From Ignavibacteriota bacterium (lineage in GTDB: Bacteria > Bacteroidota > Ignavibacteria > Palsa-1295): a stretch of DNA of 64,000 nucleotides. The notes under the pieces are model-generated. The model had not been told where the DNA came from. It worked only from the letters and a program-made list of their open reading frames with translations, and ran no database searches. The DNA lies in NCBI GenBank assembly GCA_963787835.1, contig CAWBEI010000002.1, forward strand, positions 864,001 through 928,000, read 5' to 3'. The position numbers were made by a program, and so were the translations under genes. Shown piece after piece: positions 20,021-30,184 of the stretch (within the stretch, counting starts at the first letter, position 1; each line of letters opens with the position of its first letter).

Positions 20021-20524
20021 ATGTATTCATTCATCGTTTCTTTACACATTATCAGTGCCGGTGTAATCGTCGGCCTTATCACGAACGCGATCATGGGAAC
20101 CATGATGCGAAAGAAGATCAAGGGAACTCCTGCCGAACTAGCTTCGATCCGCACGGGTGCGATCATGGCACCGATCATGGCGAATATAGGCAGCATGGGG
20201 CTTCTCATCACCGGCGTGATCCTCACGCTGATGCAATATTCGTTCTTCCCATTTTCCACGCTGCCCTGGCTTGCGATCATGCAAACGGATTATCTCGTCA
20301 TCATGGCAATCTCCGGCGCAGTCATGATGCCAACTGGAAAGAAAATTCTCGCCATGGCAAATTCGGAACTCGCCAGCCCCGGCGCCGCCAAGGGCGCCAG
20401 CGATGCACTCCGCGCCCTCGTCGCCAAACAATATACCTGGACGATGATCCTTGCAGTCCTTTTCCTGATCGCCATCCTCGTCGGCGAATCGAAAGATATG
20501 ATGTGGGTCAAGGCTGTGCAGTAA
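20021..20524 (+). CDS. Four-TM membrane protein (DUF2269-like)
   Basis: Four hydrophobic segments; LHIISA motif in TM1. Confidence 0.7.
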   Translation: MYSFIVSLHIISAGVIVGLITNAIMGTMMRKKIKGTPAELASIRTGAIMAPIMANIGSMGLLITGVILTLMQYSFFPFSTLPWLAIMQTDYLVIMAISGAVMMPTGKKILAMANSELASPGAAKGASDALRALVAKQYTWTMILAVLFLIAILVGESKDMMWVKAVQ

Positions 20525-20547
20525 GCGCGGTTTCGTTGTAGTGACTT

Positions 20548-20620
20548 GTAGCCGTGACTTTTAAGTCACGGCTACTGTTCCGTGTTGTCAATTTCACCGT
20601 GACTTAAAAGTCACGGCTAC
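20548..20620. repeat. GTAG-type REP doublet (REPIN), family B, copy 1
   Basis: GTAGCCGTGACTTTTAAGTCACGG ... CCGTGACTTAAAAGTCACGGCTAC; second copy at 37039. Confidence 0.88.
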
Positions 20621-20626
20621 GAATTC

Positions 20627-22495
20627 ATGGCTGACATTTTCATCTCCTACTCCCGCAAAGATTCCGGTCAGGCGTTAGCGCTGGCGGAACGGTTGCGCGC
20701 TGCAGGAATGAATGTCTGGATCGATCAGCATGGCATTGAAGCAGCGACTTCATGGAGTAAGGAGATCGTCGAAGCAATCGAGTCTTCACGCGTATTCATT
20801 ATTCTTCTTTCTCGCGCTTCGCTTGTGAGCGCGAATGTCGTGAAGGAGCTTTCAATAGCAAGCGAAGCACATCGCACCATCCTTCCGATCGATCTTGAGA
20901 CGGTTTCAATTCCGAGTGAATTCAAATACCAGCTTGCAGGATTGCAGAGGGCGCAGTTCTCGGATTTCGACGCGATCGTGCGCGCGCCGGAGAAGATCGG
21001 AGTCGTTCCAGGAACCGATACTTCCGTTGCTAACGCTAATACTTCTCGCGGGTATGGAAGTCCACCGGCTCGGCCTCGGCGGAACAAGGTTCTGATTGTC
21101 ACGCTCACCATACTTATTTTGGCGATTGGCGTCAGTGCATATTTCATCTTCTTTGCAAAGAAGATGATTAATTCCCAATCGGATGTAAAAACGCTTGCCG
21201 TCCTGCCATTCGAAAGTCTTAGTTCCGACAAAGATAATGAGTACTTTGCCGATGGGATGACCTCGACACTCATCGATATGCTGCTGCCGATCCCTGAACT
21301 GAAAGTTGTTGATAGAATGTCTGTAATGGGATATAAAAGCGGCAAACGGGATATGAAAAGCATTGCCTCTGAACTTGGTGTCCGATATTTGGTTGATGGT
21401 ACGATCGAAAAGCAAGGGAACAGGATCAAGATAAGTATGCACCTGACTGATGCTCGGACGGATTCCATTCTTTTGAGCAAGAATTTTGAGGGTAATACGA
21501 ATGATCTCATGAGTATGCAAGAGCAAGTTGCTCGATCTATTGTTTATGAATTACAGCTTGCATTCAATCCCTCTGGTGTGGTGATGCCGCCAGAGGCCGT
21601 ATCAGCGGTTCCCGAAGCGTCTAGTCTTGGCGAAATGGGAAGCGCGGTCCCTATGAATTCGGCGGCAAGTATCCGAGTTGCAATTTCCTATTATTTAAAA
21701 GCGGTACAGCTTGATACAGGATATGCTTTTGCATATCTTAATATTGCCAGAAGCTACGGCAATATCTATCCCTACGATCACTCCGACAGCATCCTTTCTC
21801 GCGCTGACTCCTTTTTTGCTATTGGCAAGCGCTTCGACACACCAGGAGTATTTTACCACTTTGTAGCAAGCTGGCTTGCTACGCAGCATCGGGACTTTGA
21901 AACTGCGATCCGAGAAGCAAAAATCTATCTTCAAAAACGTCCGCAAGATGCACGTGGCTACCGGGTCCTGGGATTGGCATACCATGCGGAAGGGAAACTA
22001 GATCTTGCTGTGCTAAATTTTGAGGAAGACCTAAAACGGAATCCTCTCAACATGGGCGAGATGGGTACGATCTACGATGATCTCTATCGAAGTGGCGATA
22101 CAGCTTCTCTCAAAAGATTCGCTACGCAGGTGTTACCGCTTTTCGAATCCGCAGTGATGAGGAACCCTGAAAATCGCGAGCTGGAATCCCGTTATATATG
22201 GATGCTGTTCGCGTCAGGCCGTGGCGATGAAGCTGGCAGAAGAATGGACAACTTCATTAAACCCCCGTTTGACAATCCAAATGGTATGGAAGACGCGGTG
22301 GAATTATTTGCTATGAATAAGAACACCGCACACGCGATGGAATTATTGAGAGATGTCGTCAAAAGAATCAATATTGCTGACACGAATAGTTGGAACCTAA
22401 ACGAAAAAGAGCTTGTCAACCTCCGCCCCTTGCCGGAGTTTCAGGAGTTGCTTAAACATCAAAAGGAAGCAGTTGCGAAAAAGAATGGCCTCTGA
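20627..22495 (+). CDS. TIR domain - TM helix - TolB_N-like domain - TPR protein
   Basis: DIFISYSRKD...VWID...NVVKELSIA TIR; VLIVTLTILILAIGVSAYFIFF TM; LAVLPFE...YFADGM TolB_N-like; TPRs. Confidence 0.88.
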   Translation: MADIFISYSRKDSGQALALAERLRAAGMNVWIDQHGIEAATSWSKEIVEAIESSRVFIILLSRASLVSANVVKELSIASEAHRTILPIDLETVSIPSEFKYQLAGLQRAQFSDFDAIVRAPEKIGVVPGTDTSVANANTSRGYGSPPARPRRNKVLIVTLTILILAIGVSAYFIFFAKKMINSQSDVKTLAVLPFESLSSDKDNEYFADGMTSTLIDMLLPIPELKVVDRMSVMGYKSGKRDMKSIASELGVRYLVDGTIEKQGNRIKISMHLTDARTDSILLSKNFEGNTNDLMSMQEQVARSIVYELQLAFNPSGVVMPPEAVSAVPEASSLGEMGSAVPMNSAASIRVAISYYLKAVQLDTGYAFAYLNIARSYGNIYPYDHSDSILSRADSFFAIGKRFDTPGVFYHFVASWLATQHRDFETAIREAKIYLQKRPQDARGYRVLGLAYHAEGKLDLAVLNFEEDLKRNPLNMGEMGTIYDDLYRSGDTASLKRFATQVLPLFESAVMRNPENRELESRYIWMLFASGRGDEAGRRMDNFIKPPFDNPNGMEDAVELFAMNKNTAHAMELLRDVVKRINIADTNSWNLNEKELVNLRPLPEFQELLKHQKEAVAKKNGL

Positions 22496-24227
22496 TATTT
22501 TCATCTCCTATTCCTCGAAAGACCGCGAACAGGCGGAGCAGCTTACCGAATTGCTCGCTTCGGCTGGTCTATCCGTGTGGATAGATCAATCTGGCATCGA
22601 AGCGGCGTCCAGTTGGTCCGAAGAGATCGTCAATGCGCTCGATGGATGCAAAGCATTCATCGTGATGCTCTCGCCGAATTCCATCGAATCGAAAAATGTC
22701 GTGCGCGAAGTGTCGCTGGCATTCGAGAAGAACAAAAAGATCCTTCCATTGGACTTGGAACCCGTTTCGCTTCCGGCAAGCATGCAATATCACCTTGCCG
22801 GATTGCAGCGAACATCGATGACGAATATCGATGCCGTTATCCGCGCCCTTGGGAAGCTGGGGCTGGAAGCCACCGGCGCGCCGCAAGCTCCGAAGATCGT
22901 AAAGGAGACCGATGGACGGAAATCGCTGATGATCCTTCCGTTCGAAGACCTTTCGCCAACGGGAGATAATGCGTGGTTTGCTGATGGTATCGTTTCGGAA
23001 CTTATTACAGCGTTGACCAATGTGAAGTCGCTACGCATGATGGACGCGGCGGCGACGAAAGAATACAAAACCTATAAAGGTCATTTGACGACTTATGCAA
23101 AGGAGATGTCCATTCGCTACTTCGTGCAGGGTGATGTCCGCAAGTTCGGAGATAACATTAAGATCACTGCACGGTTGCTTGATATTGATTCCGGAGATTA
23201 TTTGTGGCAGGACTCGATGAAAGGCGTGATGAACGACATCTTCGAAATTCAGGAATCTGTAGCACTCAAAGTGGTGGAAGGGCTGAAAGTGCATCTTGCT
23301 TCAGACGAGAAGCAAAAGCTCGCCGAACGGGGAACCGAAAATGCAGAAGCGTATGAGCTGTTTCTCAAAGCTGGGGAATATTTCTCTCGCCACACGAAGG
23401 AAGGCTTTCGGCTTTCCGCTCAGCTCTTATCAGAAGCGATCACGCTTGATTCCGGTTATGCGCAGGCGTATGTGTTAATGGCAAACTCGCTCGTTGCGCT
23501 TTACGGCGGATATGACCGAACATCTGCGCTCCTGGATGAAGCAGAAACGTGCTGCAAAGAAGCGTTCCGTATCCGGTCCGATCTTTTCGAAGTCTATTAT
23601 CCTCTCTCGATGATCTACATGCACCGGGGCGAGATGGCTAAAGCCGAGGAAGTTGCAAAAGAGTACATCCGGAAAGACCCGCAGAAGTTCAACAGTCATT
23701 TCGCACTCGGATTTTTCTATGACAGTACCGGCCAAAATGCCAAAGCAATCGCTCCGTTTGAGCAAGCGGTTCAACTGAAGCCGGATCATCTCACCAGCTT
23801 ATGGAATCTCGTTGTGAACTGCGAGGCGGCCGGAGATCGGGAGAAATGCGCTCACTGGGCCGAGGTTGCGCTTCCGCTTGTCGAACGTCACCTCAAGCTG
23901 CGTCCCGATGATGAAGGCAAGAGTGTGGAGCATGCGGCGCTGCTCCTCTTGAGTGGCAAAACCGAGGAAGCTCATCTGGCTGCGATAAAGCTCACGAGTC
24001 TGAAGGATGGCAATTCCCTCTACAACGCCGCCTGCCTTTTCAGCAAGCTTGGGGACAAGGCGGAAGCGCTCATAACTTTCCGCAAAGCACTCGAGGTGGG
24101 TTTCAATGATAGCCGGCTCCTGAAGGATTTTCTGCTCGATGACCTCACGGCACTTGCCGGTACACCGGAATATGAGGAAGTGAAGGGAATGGTGGAGAAA
24201 ATAGAGGTGGAAGGAACAATCGGATAA
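22485..24227 (+). CDS. Soluble TIR domain - TolB_N-like domain - TPR protein
   Basis: Start moved to ATG 22485 (MASDIFISYSSKD), overlapping the upstream gene by 11 nt; NVVREVSLA; LMILPFEDLS...WFADGI; TPRs ending YNAACLFS. Confidence 0.88.
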   Translation: MASDIFISYSSKDREQAEQLTELLASAGLSVWIDQSGIEAASSWSEEIVNALDGCKAFIVMLSPNSIESKNVVREVSLAFEKNKKILPLDLEPVSLPASMQYHLAGLQRTSMTNIDAVIRALGKLGLEATGAPQAPKIVKETDGRKSLMILPFEDLSPTGDNAWFADGIVSELITALTNVKSLRMMDAAATKEYKTYKGHLTTYAKEMSIRYFVQGDVRKFGDNIKITARLLDIDSGDYLWQDSMKGVMNDIFEIQESVALKVVEGLKVHLASDEKQKLAERGTENAEAYELFLKAGEYFSRHTKEGFRLSAQLLSEAITLDSGYAQAYVLMANSLVALYGGYDRTSALLDEAETCCKEAFRIRSDLFEVYYPLSMIYMHRGEMAKAEEVAKEYIRKDPQKFNSHFALGFFYDSTGQNAKAIAPFEQAVQLKPDHLTSLWNLVVNCEAAGDREKCAHWAEVALPLVERHLKLRPDDEGKSVEHAALLLLSGKTEEAHLAAIKLTSLKDGNSLYNAACLFSKLGDKAEALITFRKALEVGFNDSRLLKDFLLDDLTALAGTPEYEEVKGMVEKIEVEGTIG

Positions 24228-24301
24228 GTGGAACTTTTAAGATGGCATGCATAGTTCTTGTCCATTCTTAAACCTTCCCTTCACATTCAGTATTTTTCAT
24301 T

Positions 24302-24838
24302 ATGCCATCCTCTGCGAATAGTTACCTCATTCTGATCCTTTGCATTGTTGCTTTCTGGGGTTGTTCCTCTTCGAAGGGCGATCTCCCGGTCGTGAAAACG
24401 GTTGACCTTCAAAAGTATATTGGTTCCTGGTACGAACTTGTGCGTTTGCCAAACAGCTTTGAGTCGGGCCTTACATGCGTAATGGCGAATTACTCGCTTA
24501 AACCAAATGGCGATATCAAAGTTGTGAATTCCGGACATAAGATCAAGGATACTTCCAAGGTAAGCACGGCTACCGGCACCGCCTGGGTTCCCGATGCGAA
24601 CGAGCCGACGAAACTGAAGGTCAGCTTCTTCTGGCCGTTTGCCGGGAAATATTGGATCCTTGCTCTGGACTCCAATTACAAATACGCAATGGTTGGCGAT
24701 CCCTCCCGCGACTATCTCTGGATCCTGAGTCGAACCAAAACACTGCCAGAATCGACGATTGATACACTGCTGGCGCACGCGCAGTCCCTGGGTTTTGATA
24801 CTTCAAAAGTGGAGCGAACTGCGCAGGATTGTATGTAA
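24302..24838 (+). CDS. blc: Outer-membrane lipoprotein lipocalin (Blc)
   Basis: Lipobox FWGC; VDLQKYIGSWYEL, KLKVSFFWPF, YLWILSR. Confidence 0.9.
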   Translation: MPSSANSYLILILCIVAFWGCSSSKGDLPVVKTVDLQKYIGSWYELVRLPNSFESGLTCVMANYSLKPNGDIKVVNSGHKIKDTSKVSTATGTAWVPDANEPTKLKVSFFWPFAGKYWILALDSNYKYAMVGDPSRDYLWILSRTKTLPESTIDTLLAHAQSLGFDTSKVERTAQDCM

Positions 24839-24931
24839 AGATCCGACCCTCGAAAGCTTCTCTGAGAAGAAGCTTGCTAATAGATCTAATGAATATCCCG
24901 AAAGCTTAATTTGATCAATAGATTTGCGCCA

Positions 24932-25405
24932 ATGAAAGAATTCACCTTCCACAAATCACTCTGGCTGCCGTACCCACGCGAACAGGTCTTCGCATTCTTT
25001 GCGAACGCGCGCAATCTTGAGCGAATAACTCCTCCGTTTGTCAGCTTCAAAGTTCTCACCGAGGGAGATATCAAGATGCAGCCCGGCACGCTGATAGATT
25101 ATCGCATCTTGATACGGGGCATCCCTGTGAAGTGGCGCACGGAGATTCGCGAGTGGGAACCACCGCACCATTTCGTTGATGTGCAGCTCAAAGGGCCATA
25201 CAAACTCTGGCAACATACCCACACCTTCGAAGAACATAATGGCGGCACGACATGCCTCGATGATGTCCTCTATTGGCCGCTCGGGGGCGCGCTGACCAAT
25301 TCACTATTCGTCAGGCGAGACGTGGAGAAGATCTTTGCCTATCGTACCGAAAAGCTTTCGGAGATATTCAAAGGGCTTGTGACCGACGGATCAGGCGAGA
25401 GTTGA
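24932..25405 (+). CDS. SRPBCC (START-like) family protein
   Basis: VFAFFANARNLERITPP, FVDVQLKGPYKLWQHTHTF, IFAYR; ATG 24932 preferred. Confidence 0.85.
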   Translation: MKEFTFHKSLWLPYPREQVFAFFANARNLERITPPFVSFKVLTEGDIKMQPGTLIDYRILIRGIPVKWRTEIREWEPPHHFVDVQLKGPYKLWQHTHTFEEHNGGTTCLDDVLYWPLGGALTNSLFVRRDVEKIFAYRTEKLSEIFKGLVTDGSGES

Positions 25406-25449
25406 GGTTGAAGGCTTCATTCTCCTTGAATAAATCGTTATTCCTGATC

Positions 25450-26622
25450 TTACACAACGATCCTACCTTGATTGGCAAGATCCGCTAACGCAAATTTCAG
25501 AGCATCGAAATCCGAGCGATCGTTATACACTTGCGAGGATGCCCGCACATAAAGCTTTCCGTTCGAATTCATTGCTGGAACTTCGATGCGGTATGCATCG
25601 AAGAGCGCGTCGTGCAATCTCTGGACGCGCTCGTCCGTCGCATCTGGGTCACCCGGCAGAAGAAAAGTAGATAGGTTGGCAAGCATCTCGTCCGGAGCGG
25701 CGAGCGGTACGCCAAGCGCTGTGCTGATCTCTCGCCGTGCATCTAAAAGCATCATCCGAGTGTACTCGCGGCTTCCATCAGCCGCGAGCTTTCGGTGGAA
25801 CTCTATTCCGGCAGGGACGCTCAGGAAAGCAGTTGGGTCCAGCGTACCCGTCCATGCGAATTCCGTCTGATACCCACCACCCAAATAATGCGAGATCACC
25901 GTGGGATGAATTTTTGATTGATGCTTCTTATCCACCCATAGGAGTGCTGCACCCTTTGGTGCAAAGAGCCATTTATGACAGTTCCCGACATAATAATCCG
26001 CGCCGAGCGTACTCAGATCGAGATCGATCTGCCCGGGCGCGTGTGCGCCGTCAATTAGCACCGGTATGCCTCGCTCCTTAAAGAGAGCAACAATCTGCTT
26101 AATGGGGAAGATCACACCCGTCGGGCTGGTGATGTGGTCGATCGCGGCAAAGGCAGTTCTCGGCGTGATGGCGCGCGCGATCGCATCCGTCACTTCATAC
26201 GCATCTGCGATCGGGAAAGGAACTTGAGCATCGACTACCGTAGCGCCGCTGAGTTCCGCAACATACACCATTGTTTGCCGGACAGCGCGGTAGGCGTGGC
26301 TGGCCGTCAGCAGTTCGTCGCCGGGTTTGAATGTTGGAAGGAGTGAGCGAAGCACGGCATTCGCGCCGTCGGTCGCGTTGTGAACGAAAACCAGATCTTC
26401 CGCGCGGGAGCCCACGAAGGCTGCAAGTTCAGCTCTTGCCGCTTCGAGATGAATCGGCAATTCGCGCGTCATGAAGCGAACGGGTTCGGATTCCATACGC
26501 TCCTGCCACTCGCGCTGTACGGCCAGCACCGAGCGCGGACATGCCCCGAAGGAGCCGTGATTGAGAAAAATTACGTCTTCATCTAATAACCACTCTTTGC
26601 GGATCGCTTTGCCAAATGTCAT
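25450..26622 (-). CDS. Class V PLP-dependent enzyme (isopenicillin-N epimerase / L-cysteine desulfhydrase / EgtE-like)
   Basis: FLNHGSFGACP, DHITSPTG, IDGAHAPG, GNCHKW (PLP lysine). Confidence 0.9.
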   Translation of the reverse strand: MTFGKAIRKEWLLDEDVIFLNHGSFGACPRSVLAVQREWQERMESEPVRFMTRELPIHLEAARAELAAFVGSRAEDLVFVHNATDGANAVLRSLLPTFKPGDELLTASHAYRAVRQTMVYVAELSGATVVDAQVPFPIADAYEVTDAIARAITPRTAFAAIDHITSPTGVIFPIKQIVALFKERGIPVLIDGAHAPGQIDLDLSTLGADYYVGNCHKWLFAPKGAALLWVDKKHQSKIHPTVISHYLGGGYQTEFAWTGTLDPTAFLSVPAGIEFHRKLAADGSREYTRMMLLDARREISTALGVPLAAPDEMLANLSTFLLPGDPDATDERVQRLHDALFDAYRIEVPAMNSNGKLYVRASSQVYNDRSDFDALKFALADLANQGRIVV

Positions 26623-26679
26623 AGTGCGCGCATTAACGCAAAGGGACTTGGGGATGAATCCCCGAGACCTGTTTGATCG

Positions 26680-26842
26680 TCTGAACCTGGATGACGCGGA
26701 GGGGGGGCGGATGACGCGGATACGAATGGTGTCAGTCCAGTGAACGTCTGACTACCATTGAGGTCGAGGGATGGCATTTCTCAGGATGGTTACAGCTATT
26801 ATCCGCGTCATCCGCCCCCCCTCCGCGTCATCCGGGTTCAGA
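26680..26842. repeat. MITE-like element with 43-bp terminal inverted repeats, family G, copy 1
   Basis: TCTGAACCTGGATGACGCGGAGGGGGGGCGGATGACGCGGATA and its reverse complement (1 mismatch). Confidence 0.85.
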
Positions 26843-26906
26843 TAGCTGTGAGCTTTTTCGCTTCCGCGTGTTTATTCAGCGTTCGACAATCTATTCCTTT
26901 GATACC

Positions 26907-29636
26907 ATGAAGCATTTCAGTACACTTTCGCGGGTTTTCGCCGCTTTCCTCGTGACCATTTGCCTCGGCACGACGGCAGTTCATGCCCAATCCTTCACGT
27001 ATTCCCCCGATACGTTGACCTTCACCCCCACGAGTCAGGATTCCGTTATCGGCTATGTTCGCATCGCTTATAACAGCGATACCACTGGCCCAGGGACACA
27101 TATCCATGCCTGGATCTCCGATGGCTCCTCTTTTTTCGGCTGCCCTACGGACACGGTGTTCACGAAATCCTATTTTTATCTGAGGGTTGCGTATAAACCA
27201 CAGAGCGATACTGTACGAGGTCAGGTCACTATTTCGGACGATACGATCACGCGAACCGTATTGCTAATCGGTTATTCGCTCCCACCGGCGCCTGCAATAT
27301 CGGGCGATGGGCCTTATTTCCCGAACATTCCAGAAGGCCACGATACGTGCGTCCTGTATCCGAACGGTGGCTTGCACATGGTGAATACGACCGGTAATCC
27401 CGACACGATTCGCAGCGTTTCATTTAGTCACAATCCCGAGGGGATTTTTACGTGGGATTCTGTTTCGCTTCCCTATATCCTCGGTGCGCACGATACCGTC
27501 AACTGGACGTTCTGTTTTCATGCCCCGGATAACACGGAAGAACATATCGACACCCTGCTGATCTCTTATGGTTACCAGGGAACCGTCTTCAGCCGCATCG
27601 TCGAAGGCACTGCAACCACATCCGATGGCGGTCTTTCTGCTGGAAACTTCTATTTCTCGAACCACATGGCCGAAGGTTCCGATACCTGTGTGTCCATAAT
27701 GGTTATCAATACCGGCGCTATCACCGATACCCTTGAAGATGCAAGCTGGTCTCATAATCCAAACGGAATTTTTGTATGGGATTCAGGCAGCGGGGCGTAT
27801 CCCCTCATCTTGGGACCGCATGATACCATTGGCTTTGGGGTCTGCTTTCATGCTCCTGACAATACCGAGACCTACACCGATACGATCTCTATCCGCTATA
27901 ACAATGCGAATGGTTCCGGGTGGTACGTTGCGCGAACTGTTTCTGCTGCTGCCGTCACAAACGACGACCAACTCCGCGCAGAAGGTCCTTATTTCCCGGA
28001 ACAAAAGCCGGAAGGATTTGACACCTGCGTTACCATGAGACTTACCAACAACAGTGGCCAGACGGATACGGTCGAGCACATTAGCTGGTCGCACAATCCT
28101 AATGGAGTTTTTACATGGGACTCTACCACGGTTCCGTTCACCATCGGCGCGCACGATACAGTTTGGCAAACGTTCTGCTATCACGCGCCGGACAACACCA
28201 ATTCCAACTTCGATACCCTCATCGTTACCTATAACGATGCGAATGGCGCGGGATGGTTCGATACCAGGGTCATCTCTGAAACGGCAGTCGATACTGCGCC
28301 GCCGGATGGTCCACTGAATCTGTATGATGGCCCCTATTTCCCGGACGTGGTCGATGAGGGTCACGATACGTGCGCCACAATGCGCGTGATCAATTCCGGT
28401 GCCGATCTCGATACGATCGTAAGCGTTGCATGGTCGCATAACCCGAATGGGATCTTTACGTGGGACTCGGTTTCGCTCCCGACGACCATCGGTTCGAACG
28501 ACACCGATCTCTGGACGTTCTGTTTCCATGCGCCAGACGATACGAATCTGTACATCGACACTTTTACCGTTTATTATCGCGATGCCTATGGCGACGGCCG
28601 GTATAGCACCCGAATTATCGAGGGAAAAGCCACCGACCCTTCCATTACAACCTGCTACACACTCTACGCGGCGACCTTCGCAACCACTAATATTGGCGAC
28701 ACGAGCGAAGTCACGCTTTATATTCGGAACGATCTGAAACATACTTCTTCTCTTACGAGCATCCATATCTCTGGAACCGATGATGGAACGTTCCGCGTAG
28801 ATTCTTCGAACTTCCCGCTTTCGATCGATTCCAGTGCGTATGGTGAAGTGCTTTTGAAATTCATTCCGAACCGCCATGATGGCAGCGATGAATACAATGC
28901 CACGCTCACCGCGTCCTTTTCAACAGATGACACCACTCATTGCCGCGAAGCATCCGTTGCGCTCGTAGGCTATATGCCGCAAGCCTGCTCCGATACGGCA
29001 ACCGTCGATATCGATACGACTGGTGTTCACGATGTGGATATCACTGGCGACTCCGTGACCTATTATGCACACCGTATTGACATCGTCAATAACACGAACA
29101 ATACGATCGTCGTAAGCCAGATACGCTTCATTGATTCCTCTTCAAACTTTTACATTTATCAAACGATTCCGGGAACTCCGGATACGCTCGCGCCAGGTAA
29201 AGGGATGGCGGTCATCATCCATTTCTATGGCGATACCGGCCAGACCTATTATGACACGCTGGCTGTAACGATCCAGAATGGCATCACGATCTATGGCGGG
29301 AAAGCCACGCCGCTTTCAGGCCCCAGTACGCTCCTCATTGGCTTAAAGGGGGAGCTACTTGCAGCGCCCGCAAGCGTCGCAAACAACACGCCGAGCGGAC
29401 CCATCCTCGCGCTCTATCCAAACCCAAGTTCGGGTTTAGTTACCATGCAGATCGATGGCGCAACGAATGTAACGTTCCAGATCATGGATATTCTCGGCAA
29501 CATGGTGGCAAGCCACGTCGGATCGGGAACCTGGCAATGGGATGCTACCGCTGCCGGGCTCGCCAACGGAACCTACTTTGTCCGCGCCACAAGCGGAACT
29601 TCGGTCACGACAAAACGCCTCGTACTCCAGAGATAA
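26907..29636 (+). CDS. T9SS-secreted protein with four tandem roughly 110-aa Cys-containing Ig-like repeats
   Basis: ATG 26907 (MKHFST signal peptide); 4x EGxDTC...SHNPxGxFxWDS...C(F/Y)HAPD; LYPNPS...NGTYFV CTD. Confidence 0.88.
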   Translation: MKHFSTLSRVFAAFLVTICLGTTAVHAQSFTYSPDTLTFTPTSQDSVIGYVRIAYNSDTTGPGTHIHAWISDGSSFFGCPTDTVFTKSYFYLRVAYKPQSDTVRGQVTISDDTITRTVLLIGYSLPPAPAISGDGPYFPNIPEGHDTCVLYPNGGLHMVNTTGNPDTIRSVSFSHNPEGIFTWDSVSLPYILGAHDTVNWTFCFHAPDNTEEHIDTLLISYGYQGTVFSRIVEGTATTSDGGLSAGNFYFSNHMAEGSDTCVSIMVINTGAITDTLEDASWSHNPNGIFVWDSGSGAYPLILGPHDTIGFGVCFHAPDNTETYTDTISIRYNNANGSGWYVARTVSAAAVTNDDQLRAEGPYFPEQKPEGFDTCVTMRLTNNSGQTDTVEHISWSHNPNGVFTWDSTTVPFTIGAHDTVWQTFCYHAPDNTNSNFDTLIVTYNDANGAGWFDTRVISETAVDTAPPDGPLNLYDGPYFPDVVDEGHDTCATMRVINSGADLDTIVSVAWSHNPNGIFTWDSVSLPTTIGSNDTDLWTFCFHAPDDTNLYIDTFTVYYRDAYGDGRYSTRIIEGKATDPSITTCYTLYAATFATTNIGDTSEVTLYIRNDLKHTSSLTSIHISGTDDGTFRVDSSNFPLSIDSSAYGEVLLKFIPNRHDGSDEYNATLTASFSTDDTTHCREASVALVGYMPQACSDTATVDIDTTGVHDVDITGDSVTYYAHRIDIVNNTNNTIVVSQIRFIDSSSNFYIYQTIPGTPDTLAPGKGMAVIIHFYGDTGQTYYDTLAVTIQNGITIYGGKATPLSGPSTLLIGLKGELLAAPASVANNTPSGPILALYPNPSSGLVTMQIDGATNVTFQIMDILGNMVASHVGSGTWQWDATAAGLANGTYFVRATSGTSVTTKRLVLQR

Positions 29637-29656
29637 GACATAAAATATGTGGGATG

Positions 29657-29692
29657 TTAAAAGGGACGCTCTGAAAAGAGCGTCCCTTTTAA
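29657..29692. terminator. Bidirectional intrinsic terminator
   Basis: TTAAAAGGGACGCTCT-GAAA-AGAGCGTCCCTTTTAA between convergent genes. Confidence 0.85.
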
Positions 29693-29714
29693 ATTGACTG
29701 AAAATTTCGGCTTC

Positions 29715-30125
29715 CTAACTCAACTCATATTCGATCTCAAACGCGACTTCGCTTGTAGCTGAATGATAGTTCGCATTCCCGGTGATTCCCGTTAGGGCAT
29801 CCGTGCCGGAACCCGGAAGGATAGTCAGGTTTCCGTTCAACATGCCGTTATCGAACGTGCCACGGTCTTCCATCACGAACGTGCCGGATTTCCCATTTAG
29901 CGTACCATCGAATCGCATCAGGCCAACAAATGTGGCCGATGCATTGTGCTGATCCGCATCATCGGAGTGCCTGTAAAACATCAGCCACACGACCGATGCC
30001 GTGCCCACGATCTCTCCAGTGAACGCAAGCTCGACAGTAGCATTCGTGAGCTTTTTATCTACGGCGATCTGGTCATACGTTTTCTCATCCCATTTCGTCG
30101 GTTTGAAGGTGCCGGTTGCTTTCAT
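29715..30125 (-). CDS. DUF3224 domain protein
   Basis: ATGTFKPTKWDE, FDGTLNGKSGTFV, ILPGSGTDALTGITG. Confidence 0.8.
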   Translation of the reverse strand: MKATGTFKPTKWDEKTYDQIAVDKKLTNATVELAFTGEIVGTASVVWLMFYRHSDDADQHNASATFVGLMRFDGTLNGKSGTFVMEDRGTFDNGMLNGNLTILPGSGTDALTGITGNANYHSATSEVAFEIEYELS

Positions 30126-30184
30126 GGGAGGTATAACATGATGGGGTTAGTGGAAAATTCGAGTAAATTAGTCGAGGGCGCTTC

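Noticed and set aside
20627-22860. Similar TIR-coding segments as a DGR TR/VR pair
   Set aside because: Both are coding N-termini of paralogues, and the differences are not adenine-restricted
27297-28635. Nucleotide repeats as CRISPR or DGR template/variable repeats
   Set aside because: They are in-frame protein domain repeats with general divergence; no reverse transcriptase and no adenine-specific pattern seen
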